A stretch of 26,670 nt of DNA from positions 1-26,670 of the forward strand of contig JBFMGO010000086.1 of NCBI GenBank assembly GCA_040752695.1. The letters are read 5' to 3'. The notes below the pieces were generated by a model that was given only the letters and a program-made list of their open reading frames with translations, was not told the origin of the DNA and searched no databases. How positions within the stretch are numbered: the first letter of the stretch is position 1; each line of letters begins with the position of its first letter. Below, one piece after another: positions 1 to 8,552 of the stretch. This DNA comes from a bacterium (lineage in GTDB: Bacteria; SZUA-182; DTGQ01). The position numbers and the translations under genes are program-made.

Positions 1-156
1 TCCTGAGAAATTTACACACAATCAATGCCCATGCGATTTATACTTTAATTCGTTCCAGACAATCGCAGCCTTGCGACTTTCAGCAACTTAAACGGGCTGC
101 TTGAGATAAAACTTTTAACTGTCGAGTTAATTACATCAGCAAATAGGTTTTCTTCC

Positions 157-1458
157 TCAATGTCTTCTCTCTAACTGGCTGCTCGGCTGGTTGAAATATC
201 CCAGTTTGAGGTGGGGGAATCTTTTGCGGAGCGTCTCGACTATTTCCCAGACAGGCACAAAATCACCGTTATCTTCCTCATCTATCTTCATTCTCTCGAT
301 ATAAAGATCAGGATCGATGTTGAGGTTTCGCATCTGGATGAGGTCTACGCCCACTTCTTCGATAAACTGATAGAGCCGCTCGCATTCCTTTTTCCGGTCG
401 GTAAGGCCAGGGAATACCAAAAGGTTGATCGAGGTAAATATATCCAGCTTTCTGGCCCTCTCCACGGTCTCGATCACATGGTCGAACGTATACCCGCATG
501 GAGCGTAGTAGCGGTCGTAGGAAGTTGAAATCAGGCTGTTGAGGCTGACCCTTACGCTGTCAAGACCGGCGCGGTAGACCTCTTCGGCTCTCTGTGGGAG
601 GCTCCCGTTGGTATTGAGATTGATGACACCTTTTTGGGTTTCCCTGCGCAGCGTACGGACTGTTGCGGCCAGAGTGTCCGCCTGCAGCAGCGGCTCTCCC
701 TCACACCCCTGGCCGAAGCTCACGATGGCGTCTTCTGCTGCGCTCAGGTGGGGCAGGGCAACCTCCACCAATTCATCCACTTCCGGGACAAAGGTAATCC
801 TTTCCTGAGATGAGGGGCAGCACTCGCCGGGCTGGAGCGAGAGGCATCCCAGACAGCGGGCATTACACACGGGCGAGGTGGGGAGAGGGCACTCCCATCG
901 CTTCAGAAAAAGGTTTTTGGCTGCAAAGCAATGGTATTCCAGGGCGCAGCGGCTTAGTTGCCGCACGAGCCGGTTATCCGGCATCTGTTTTACAAACGAG
1001 CGCACAGCTCTGGCCACCTGTTCGTCATTTTGGAAATATTTCGGGTGCCAGTGGGGATTGGGATCAATCTGAAGGGCAGACACCCAGAACCTCCCATCCT
1101 CCCAGCCCACAGCGGTATAGGCCCACAAGGGCAGGTCAGTTCCAGGCCCCTCTTGTGCAGTCCGGGTAGCTGGAAGCAGGGTCCGCAAAAATCCCGGAGC
1201 AAGAAAGGCAGCTACCGGGAAACACCGCTTTTTGTGTCCGTCGAAGGAAAACTGATCGCCGGGTACAAACCTTTGCGCCTTTTTGTCCCAGCCAACAGGG
1301 ATGCGGCCGGGCATGGTAAAAAGCTGGCTGCCGAAGGGCAGGGGGATCAGGTGCCTGCGATCGGGCCTGACCATTCTGCGGCCAGACTGGGCCGCAAGCT
1401 TCAAATATGGATGGTCGTAAATCTGTCCGGATTCATCCGCTACTACCAGAGCCGGCAT
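157..1458 (-). CDS. Radical SAM protein of unknown function (433 aa)
   Basis: CxxxCxxC motif CNARCLGC, then SFGQGCEGEPL and LNTNGS. Start reassigned from ORF start 1626 to ATG 1458 (MPALVVAD), which follows a GGAGGAGG RBS; the longer ORF would overlap the DUF296 gene. Confidence 0.88.
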   Translation of the reverse strand: MPALVVADESGQIYDHPYLKLAAQSGRRMVRPDRRHLIPLPFGSQLFTMPGRIPVGWDKKAQRFVPGDQFSFDGHKKRCFPVAAFLAPGFLRTLLPATRTAQEGPGTDLPLWAYTAVGWEDGRFWVSALQIDPNPHWHPKYFQNDEQVARAVRSFVKQMPDNRLVRQLSRCALEYHCFAAKNLFLKRWECPLPTSPVCNARCLGCLSLQPGECCPSSQERITFVPEVDELVEVALPHLSAAEDAIVSFGQGCEGEPLLQADTLAATVRTLRRETQKGVINLNTNGSLPQRAEEVYRAGLDSVRVSLNSLISTSYDRYYAPCGYTFDHVIETVERARKLDIFTSINLLVFPGLTDRKKECERLYQFIEEVGVDLIQMRNLNIDPDLYIERMKIDEEDNGDFVPVWEIVETLRKRFPHLKLGYFNQPSSQLERRH

Positions 1459-1528
1459 TGTCTGTTTTTCCTCCTCCTTCCCCTTTTCTTTTCCTTGTAT
1501 TATGCCTCTTGTATTTATTCTTCTTGTA

Positions 1529-1960
1529 CTATGCCCCTTGAGACCATAAGGCCAGGCCGGTAACGCTATCCTCGTGCCTTTGGAGAACCTTCCCCTGAAG
1601 CTCCTGGATCTGAAATTCTGCGGCAAAGATGGTTGTTTCGGACATCAGATGTCCTCCCCTGGCATTACCCTCTTCATCAGACAGGGTGATATGGGCATGG
1701 ATAAAAACCTTCCCATCCTTGAAGGAAATATTACCCAGGCAGCAGAGGATTTCAGACGGATTCGGGATGGTAATCTGCTGATAACGCTTCTCCCGCTGAT
1801 GGTAAAAACCGACGCAGGCCCTCTGAACAGCCCCGATGACCTGAAGAGTGCCCATCCGAATACTCTCACTCTCGCAGACGCGATGGAGCTCGGCCAGTAA
1901 ATCCGCTCCATGTTCGAGACGGCCAAGAAATAGCCTTCCCAATCCGTATTGTTCAATCAC
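1529..1960 (-). CDS. PPC/DUF296 domain protein
   Basis: RLEHGADL, EILCCLGNI and HAHITLSD..GGHL motifs; GTG start with GAAGGAGAG RBS. Confidence 0.88.
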   Translation of the reverse strand: MIEQYGLGRLFLGRLEHGADLLAELHRVCESESIRMGTLQVIGAVQRACVGFYHQREKRYQQITIPNPSEILCCLGNISFKDGKVFIHAHITLSDEEGNARGGHLMSETTIFAAEFQIQELQGKVLQRHEDSVTGLALWSQGA

Positions 1961-2004
1961 GATATCTCTCCTTCATGGTATCTCTCCTTCATGTTTCACT
2001 TCGC

Positions 2005-2835
2005 TTAAGCTTTTTTTTCTTGAGGCTCTCCCCTTGATGAGCTTACCCTCACATTGACCGGACCGATCCCCTGGCCCAGGGGCAGGGATGATTGAATGGC
2101 CTCCTTAATGAACGCTTGCGCTTCCTGTACAGCCTGGATCGGCTCAAGGCCATGAGCTAAATAGGCGGTGATGGCTGCGGCCAAGGTGCATCCCACACCG
2201 TGGGTATGCTGATTGCTTAGCCTTTCCTTTTCAAAAACAACAAATTCCGCTCCATTGAAGAAAAGATCGAATATCTGCCTCTGGCCGGACAAATGTCCGC
2301 CCTTGATCAGAACAGAGCTGGCTCCCCAGCGATTCACCATTTCTTTGGCTGCATTTTTTATCTGCTCCATGCTCTGCAGGGGCGAAAGCCCGCTCAGCAC
2401 CTCAGCCTCCGGGATATTCGGCGTTACCAGGCTGGCCAGGGGAAACAGCCGATTTTTGAGAGTGGGAACAGCCTCAGGGGCCAGCAGGGTCTCCCCCCGC
2501 TTGGCTGCCAGGACAGGATCTATTACCAGAGGGAGCCCTTTCCCCTGGAGTGTATCCGCCACCACCTCAACAATTCCCTGGCTAAAGAGCATGCCTGTCT
2601 TTATGGCATTCGCGCCTATGTCTTCCAACACCGACACCATCTGCTGCTGCACAAAATCTTCCGGAACACCCATGACGCGGTGCACACCCAGAGTATTTTG
2701 CACGGTAAGTGCAGTGATCGCCGAAAGGCCGAAAACCCCAAGGAGGGTGAAGGTTTTCAGATCTGCCTGTATGCCTGCTCCACCCCCGGAATCTGACCCG
2801 GCAATCGTGAGTGCTCTGACCTGACTGCTTTGCAC
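2005..2835 (-). CDS. thiD: Hydroxymethylpyrimidine/phosphomethylpyrimidine kinase
   Basis: TIAGSDSGGGAGIQADLKTF, IKTGML, TPNIPEAE, IKGGH and HGVGCTLAAAI motifs; thiamine operon context. Confidence 0.96.
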   Translation of the reverse strand: MQSSQVRALTIAGSDSGGGAGIQADLKTFTLLGVFGLSAITALTVQNTLGVHRVMGVPEDFVQQQMVSVLEDIGANAIKTGMLFSQGIVEVVADTLQGKGLPLVIDPVLAAKRGETLLAPEAVPTLKNRLFPLASLVTPNIPEAEVLSGLSPLQSMEQIKNAAKEMVNRWGASSVLIKGGHLSGQRQIFDLFFNGAEFVVFEKERLSNQHTHGVGCTLAAAITAYLAHGLEPIQAVQEAQAFIKEAIQSSLPLGQGIGPVNVRVSSSRGEPQEKKA

Positions 2836-3492
2836 TTAACGGTTCTCCCGGCCAAGGAGCTGGCGAATTTTCCGGATTGTCTGCCCGACATCGCTCGATT
2901 GGTACAAGCCGGCGCATATGGCTATCCGGTTAGCCCCGGCTGTCAGGACAGGATGCAGGTTTTGAAGCGATAGTCCGCCAATGACGAAAAAGGGAATCGT
3001 TAAGGTCTGGCGCAACCGCGTGATTTCCTCAAAGCTGATTCTGGGAGACAGATCCCCTTTGGTCGAGGTCGGATAGCAGGGGCCGTAGCCGAGGTAGTCT
3101 GCCCCTTGTTGTTCCGCTTCATAAGCCTGGGCCAGGGTATGCGTGGAAACACCGATTATTTTTTCAGACCCCAGGATTTTCCGGGCATCCTCAATGGGAA
3201 TATCGTCCTGCCCGAGATGGAGGCCGTCGGCCTCCAGGATCTGGCAAAGATCAAGCCGGTCATTCACGATCAGCATGATGCCGGTTTTCAGTGTCAATTG
3301 CCGAAGCTGGCGGCCAATCTCCAGGATCTCGCGATCGTTTTTCTCCTTAAGGCGCAGTTGGAGTGCGTCGATTCCCTGCTCCTGGCTCCCCCGGCTGATG
3401 ATGGATTCTCTAACTCTGTCCAAAGCCGAAGTTCCCCCTCCCAGGTCGGGAGGGGTCAGGGCGCAGAGGTAACAATCTTGAATCGTTTTCAT
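2836..3492 (-). CDS. thiE: Thiamine-phosphate synthase
   Basis: QLRLK, IVNDRLD, GLHLGQDD, GVSTH, PTSTK and IGG motifs; abuts thiD. Confidence 0.95.
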   Translation of the reverse strand: MKTIQDCYLCALTPPDLGGGTSALDRVRESIISRGSQEQGIDALQLRLKEKNDREILEIGRQLRQLTLKTGIMLIVNDRLDLCQILEADGLHLGQDDIPIEDARKILGSEKIIGVSTHTLAQAYEAEQQGADYLGYGPCYPTSTKGDLSPRISFEEITRLRQTLTIPFFVIGGLSLQNLHPVLTAGANRIAICAGLYQSSDVGQTIRKIRQLLGRENR

Positions 3493-3572
3493 ACTGCTTC
3501 ATAATTCCTGTACATTATTGCCAGGGAGTGCTGCCTCTCTGCAATGAATGCCTCTGCAGTGAGTGCCTGCGG

Positions 3573-4868
3573 CTACGGTATGGTAGACCGTAAAAATTCT
3601 TTGACCTTACTGATGGCGCAAAATTCTCCACACATGGTGCAGGTGGTATTTTCTTTGGGCAGGCTGGCCTGGCGTAATTTTTTCGCGGTTTCCGGGTAAA
3701 TGGCCAGCCGGATCTGGGCGTCCCAGTCCTGTGATTTTCTGGCCTGCGACATCTGGTTGTCCCATTCCATGGCACCTGGTATTTTCTTGGCAATATCAGC
3801 AGCATGGCCGGCTATGCGGGCAGCGATCACTCCATCGCGCACATCTTCAGGTGTAGGCAGCCGAAGGTGCTCCGAAGGTGTGACATAGCAGATGAAATCT
3901 GCTCCGGCCCGTGCAGCAATGGCTGCACCGATGGCTGAGGAAATATGGTCATAACCGGGCGCGATATCAGTCACCAGGGGACCAAGCACATAAAAGGGGG
4001 CGTTTTTGCAGAGCCGCTTCTGCAACACGATATTGGTTTCGATCTGATCCAGGGGTACATGTCCCGGTCCTTCGATCATTACCTGAACATCCGCCTGCCA
4101 GGCCCTTTCTGCAAGTTCGCCCAGGGTTAAAAGCTCCTGAACTTGAGCCCGGTCCGTGGCATCGGCCAGGGCTCCGGGCCGCAGGCCGTCACCCAGGCTC
4201 AGGACAAGATCGTACTGTCTGGCCAGATCGAGGAGGCGGTCAAAATGCTCGTATAGGGGGTTTTCCTTTTCATGATGAACCATCCAGGAAACGAGAAAAG
4301 CCCCGCCGCGGCTGACAATGTCCATCAGCCTTCCCTGCTTTTTCAGCCGCTGCACTGCTTCCATGGTCAGCCCCGCGTGCAGGGTGACAAAATCCACGCC
4401 ATCGCGGGCCTGTTCTTCGATAACCTGGAAGAGTTTTTCCTCCGACATCTTGACCATAGCCCCAAATTCCTCGATGGATTCGATGGCAGCCTGATAGATG
4501 GGCACAGTACCGACAGGGATTGGGGAATTGAGCAGAATTTTTTTTCTCAACAGTTTAATATCCCCGCCTGTGCTCAGATCCATGACCGCATCTGCGCCTG
4601 CGTCAAGAGTGGCACGCAGTTTTTCCATTTCCTGATCGAGGTCAGGCCGGTCTTTGGAAGTCCCGATGTTGGCGTTAACTTTAGTGCGAAGTCCGGCACC
4701 GATGCCGCAGAGGCTGACTTTCGGGCTGATCCGATTGCAGGGTATCACGATGGTCCCCTGGCCGACTCCTTCCATGATGACCTGGGGAGATAATCCTTCC
4801 TGCCCGGCCACCCGCTCCATTTCCGGAGAAATAGAGCCGGCTCTTGCCTGCTTCATTTGCGTGGTCAA
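3573..4868 (-). CDS. thiC: Phosphomethylpyrimidine synthase (short form)
   Basis: [53 protein letters not shown] and C-terminal [11 protein letters not shown] start with AGGAGG RBS. Confidence 0.96.
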   Translation of the reverse strand: MTTQMKQARAGSISPEMERVAGQEGLSPQVIMEGVGQGTIVIPCNRISPKVSLCGIGAGLRTKVNANIGTSKDRPDLDQEMEKLRATLDAGADAVMDLSTGGDIKLLRKKILLNSPIPVGTVPIYQAAIESIEEFGAMVKMSEEKLFQVIEEQARDGVDFVTLHAGLTMEAVQRLKKQGRLMDIVSRGGAFLVSWMVHHEKENPLYEHFDRLLDLARQYDLVLSLGDGLRPGALADATDRAQVQELLTLGELAERAWQADVQVMIEGPGHVPLDQIETNIVLQKRLCKNAPFYVLGPLVTDIAPGYDHISSAIGAAIAARAGADFICYVTPSEHLRLPTPEDVRDGVIAARIAGHAADIAKKIPGAMEWDNQMSQARKSQDWDAQIRLAIYPETAKKLRQASLPKENTTCTMCGEFCAISKVKEFLRSTIP

Positions 4869-4881
4869 GGCATACGCCTCC

Positions 4882-5670
4882 TTATTTGCGATATTTACGA
4901 TTGGTTTCAGCTACAAGGTCACCCGCTTTCAATCCTGAAAGAAGCATCCCGCCAAAGATAGGCCCCATCCTGTGGGCCCCAAATACGGCGTTAGCTGCCA
5001 TGCCCACCACGTATACGTCAGGGTAAACTTCCTTCGTATTGTCGAGTATGTTTTTTTCTCCCAGATCAGCCCACATCGGCTTTTCACCCATGATCTCGCC
5101 AGTTTCCGTGAGCAGTTTCGCACCGAATTTCTGGCGCAGAATCTTGACCAACTCGGCTGCATGGCCGGTAGCGTCAATAATCTTTTCAGCCTTAATGCTT
5201 AATGGGTCTATGTGTAAGCCTGCCATATTCACTGACGACCAGTTCAGCACCAGGCCTATGACCTGCTCATTGCGTACCATAACGTCTTCAACCGAAATCA
5301 GGTTGAATACCTGAGCCCCTGCTTTGGTTGCACACGAGGCCAGCGTGGTGACTGTCTGGACAGAATCAGCCGTATAGTAGCCGGTCTTATATTCTCGGCT
5401 GACCACTCCGAGTTCATCGAGAATTTTTTTCCCTTCCTCCTGGACAACGATCTCGTTAAACATCATCCCGCCGCCCCACATTCCTCCGCCGACGCTCAGC
5501 CTTCTTTCGAAAACAGCAACCTTCAATCCCTTTTTGGCTATAGCGTAGGAGGCCATCAGCCCGGCCGGGCCAGCTCCAACGATAGCTACATCAACCTCTG
5601 AATAGCTCAGTAATTTTTCGGCAAAACGCTCGATAATAGCTTTTGAAACAATGAGATCATCTAGTTCCAT
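4882..5670 (-). CDS. thi4: Sulfide-dependent adenosine diphosphate thiazole synthase (Thi4)
   Basis: [26 protein letters not shown] and [14 protein letters not shown] motifs. Confidence 0.95.
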   Translation of the reverse strand: MELDDLIVSKAIIERFAEKLLSYSEVDVAIVGAGPAGLMASYAIAKKGLKVAVFERRLSVGGGMWGGGMMFNEIVVQEEGKKILDELGVVSREYKTGYYTADSVQTVTTLASCATKAGAQVFNLISVEDVMVRNEQVIGLVLNWSSVNMAGLHIDPLSIKAEKIIDATGHAAELVKILRQKFGAKLLTETGEIMGEKPMWADLGEKNILDNTKEVYPDVYVVGMAANAVFGAHRMGPIFGGMLLSGLKAGDLVAETNRKYRK

Positions 5671-5939
5671 ACATTCTCCTGCCTTGCGCCTGAAAGGGTA
5701 CTCATTGAGACTCGTTGTTCGAGGATACTCATTGAGACTCGTTGTTCATCTGGATCGTTTATTGAATTGTTCATTAAATTGTTTATTGAATTATTCATTT
5801 TGGGCTGTTTAATTTGGATTGTTTAATGGGATTGTCTATCCATGCAGACTGTTTACTTATTGAGATTGTTTATTCTTTATTTATCTTTGCCAACATCCAG
5901 GTCTTGGAAAAAGATTTCATCTTTTATAGCAATTAGCAA

Positions 5940-5968
5940 ATAATATCAAATACTTTCCTGCTTGTCAA
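5940..5968 (-). promoter_or_regulatory. Putative sigma70 promoter of the thi operon
   Basis: Minus strand TTGACA-17 nt-TATTAT with TG at the extended -10 position, about 270 nt upstream of the thi4 ATG. Confidence 0.65.
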
Positions 5969-6178
5969 TTACCTAAACGAACCAATCTCGGTATTTTATA
6001 CACCTCAGCAGAAATTTTTACCGTTTTTATTCCGTTGAGAGACACTGTTCATTGATATCAGCAATAGTTCAGCAATAGCTAACCACAATAGCCAACCAAA
6101 ACGCCTCTCGCCGCCATCCTTGTTGAGTCTAAGGACACAGCGTGGTAAATACACAACCGGATAGAAGCAGCAAGAAAC

Positions 6179-6211
6179 ATGGAGGGTAAGGCGAAGAGTC
6201 CTACCCTCCAT
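6179..6211 (-). terminator. Probable intrinsic terminator after the HD gene
   Basis: Minus strand ATGGAGGGTAGG...CTTACCCTCCAT forms a 12-bp stem (one G-U), followed by GTTTCTTG. Confidence 0.5.
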
Positions 6212-6332
6212 ATTTGCAATAAATTGGTACTCATGAAACTGGTCGCGTAATTCCTGCGGCCTGTACTTAGCGAAGAAACTCCTTAAAGCTTATCCGAAAA
6301 GTCCTGCACTCAGGAGCATGCTCCTGGCAAAT

Positions 6333-7070
6333 TCATGGATGCTCTCCATCTTTCAGGAGTATGCTCCTGGCAAGTTCACGGCCGTTCGCCGTCAAAAAAG
6401 CCTTATCGATGACGGCAGCTATCTTCTCTTTGTGTACCGGCTGTTCCTGTATCTCTTCCTCAAGGTTGGTGATGAGGTCGGCATCGTAAACCGCCTTGAA
6501 ATTTGCCGTCTCCTCGGCTCTGGCATGATGGTGGTGGCCGACAATGTCGGCTACCTCGTCTATCAGTTCCTGACAGGCGCCGAGCCGGCTCAGGATGTCC
6601 CTGGCTATGGGTGGTCCTTCCTCCTCCTGATATCGGGCAGCCGTGCTATTGTACTTTCGCTCAGCCTCTTTGATGCCGATATCGTGCAAGTAGGCTGCTG
6701 ATAGGACTACGGCCAGATCCCCGCCAGCCTGCTGCGCGATTCTCTCGGCATAGCGGGCCACCTTGGATGCGTGGCCGATCCGTTTAAAGTCCTTTTTGAA
6801 ATAGTTTTTCATCTCTATGGCTACCCGGGATTTCAAAAGGTCGTCTTTCCTGCTGGGCAGCATCAGATCTCCCAGACACTGCCTGGCAAATTTGCAGTAA
6901 GCCGCACACCCAAAATCCATCTTCGGGTTGATCACCTGATGGCCGCAGTGCCTGCACTTTCTCGTGGATTCATCCTTGAAAAACTCAACTGCCTGACCAC
7001 ACCCAGGGCACCTGACCTCAAATATGGAATCAGGCTTCCAGAAGCGCGTATCCTGTCCTGGACATCTCAT
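6333..7070 (-). CDS. HD-domain phosphohydrolase with Cys-rich (Zn-ribbon-like) N-terminus
   Basis: N-terminal CPGQD..CPGC..CRHC..CAAYC..C; HD motifs GHASKV, YLHDIG, GHHH and YDAD; GGAGGAGG RBS. Confidence 0.9.
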   Translation of the reverse strand: MRCPGQDTRFWKPDSIFEVRCPGCGQAVEFFKDESTRKCRHCGHQVINPKMDFGCAAYCKFARQCLGDLMLPSRKDDLLKSRVAIEMKNYFKKDFKRIGHASKVARYAERIAQQAGGDLAVVLSAAYLHDIGIKEAERKYNSTAARYQEEEGPPIARDILSRLGACQELIDEVADIVGHHHHARAEETANFKAVYDADLITNLEEEIQEQPVHKEKIAAVIDKAFLTANGRELARSILLKDGEHP

Positions 7071-7196
7071 CGTCGATTTCCTCCTCCATTCCTCCCTTAT
7101 CCAAGGCTATTTATTCCCCTGTTACCCATGGCTCATTATTCCTCTGTTATCCAGAGTTAATACCATCTCTCTCTGTTATCCGATACCAGATTTCAG

Positions 7197-7264
7197 GCAA
7201 GGCTGCCCTTTGAGTAAGTTTGCCCTTCGAGTAAGTCTGCCCTTTAAGCAAGGCTGTCCTTCGA
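7197..7264. repeat. Degenerate 17-bp tandem repeat, 4 copies
   Basis: gcaaggctgccctttga / gtaagtttgcccttcga / gtaagtctgccctttaa / gcaaggctgtccttcga. Confidence 0.85.
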
Positions 7265-7389
7265 GCAGGGATCAGTCATTGCCAATTTGATATGAATGGC
7301 AAGGACTGCCTCCCAACGACGATGGCCAATGGACAGAGGTTACATTATCATAGAGAGCAGGTTGTAGAGGGCATATCGGGTGAACTTGG

Positions 7390-7731
7390 TTATAACACTT
7401 GGGTCACCTTGGTTGGCCGAGGTGTTTTGACTACCAGAAACCGAAAGGCTGCTTTGCTGTCATTCATGAGACGGTGAGGAATACTGGCCGGGCTTTCGAT
7501 GAGCATATCGGCAGATACCCTGGCCTGCTCCTCTCCAATTTCAACAATACCTTCACCTTCGAGGATGTAAAAAAATACATCTACAGGAGTAATGTGTCTT
7601 TTAAGCTCTTCCCCAGGCAAGAGGTTGATATGCATAACCTGAGCATACTCGGTTTCATGTAACTTACGAACGTCCACTCCATGAGGGGTTTTCACCTCCG
7701 GAGCCTGATCCGGTCTAATACTTTTAATCAT
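7390..7731 (-). CDS. Cupin domain protein
   Basis: HITPVDVFFYILEGEG and PASIPH cupin motifs; AGGAGG RBS. Confidence 0.9.
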   Translation of the reverse strand: MIKSIRPDQAPEVKTPHGVDVRKLHETEYAQVMHINLLPGEELKRHITPVDVFFYILEGEGIVEIGEEQARVSADMLIESPASIPHRLMNDSKAAFRFLVVKTPRPTKVTQVL

Positions 7732-8148
7732 GAATAGCCTCCTTTTTTATACAAGAAATTATTATAGCTGTTTGCCCTTTAACCCGCAAGGCAATTACAC
7801 CGGAAACAGACGTTCCCTGCCTTTATTGGGGAGGCAGAACTATTGGGGGTGCGGAGGTGGGGGCATACCTATTGGTGATCATCACTATGGTAGGCATTGC
7901 TGTTAGGGGGCATTACTATTGGTGGGCATTGCTGTTGGGGGTATAACTACTGTGAATTCGGAATGGCTACAGGCTGTGTATACATCGTCATAATGGGTAT
8001 TGTCTTTTTCCTATTTGGAGGTAAATATCGGGTCAACTATGAAGAACATTCACAGGAAATTTGTCTGGCGCTTACCTAAATTCCCCGAAGATTGTAATAT
8101 CCCGAAGATTGTTTTTTATGTGGATTATCTGTAGTCTTCAAGTTTATC

Positions 8149-8178
8149 TTGACATTTTTAGTAATTATATTTTATCAT
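8149..8178 (+). promoter_or_regulatory. Putative sigma70 promoter upstream of the beta-propeller gene
   Basis: TTGACA-18 nt-TATCAT in an AT-rich region, so a chance match is possible. Confidence 0.4.
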
Positions 8179-8552
8179 GTTAGATAACGATATATTAAAA
8201 ACAGGCTAAATTTTTTTGATTATCCCCCCACCTTACAGCACCAGATTTCTTGCTATCTTATGCATGAAATAAGGGCAATATTTGATATATCAGCCTAAAT
8301 TTCATGCTGTCAGAGAACCTAAGTAACAATATATATTATCCATAAATAATATAATTTATATTAATTCAATATATAATATTTATAGATCAATTCAAAAAGG
8401 AAAAAAGGGAATCATAACATATCCTGGAATGCCTTATTTATTAAGTAATATTGTAGTATTATGTATTAAATAAATGATTACCTATCCCTCTAAAATTTTA
8501 TTATATCCTTGAGGGAAATAGAAAAATATTAACTAAAAAAGGGGGAATTATT

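Noticed and set aside
1459..1626. N-terminal extension of the radical SAM ORF
   Set aside because: Overlaps DUF296 and repeat DNA; a strong RBS supports ATG 1458
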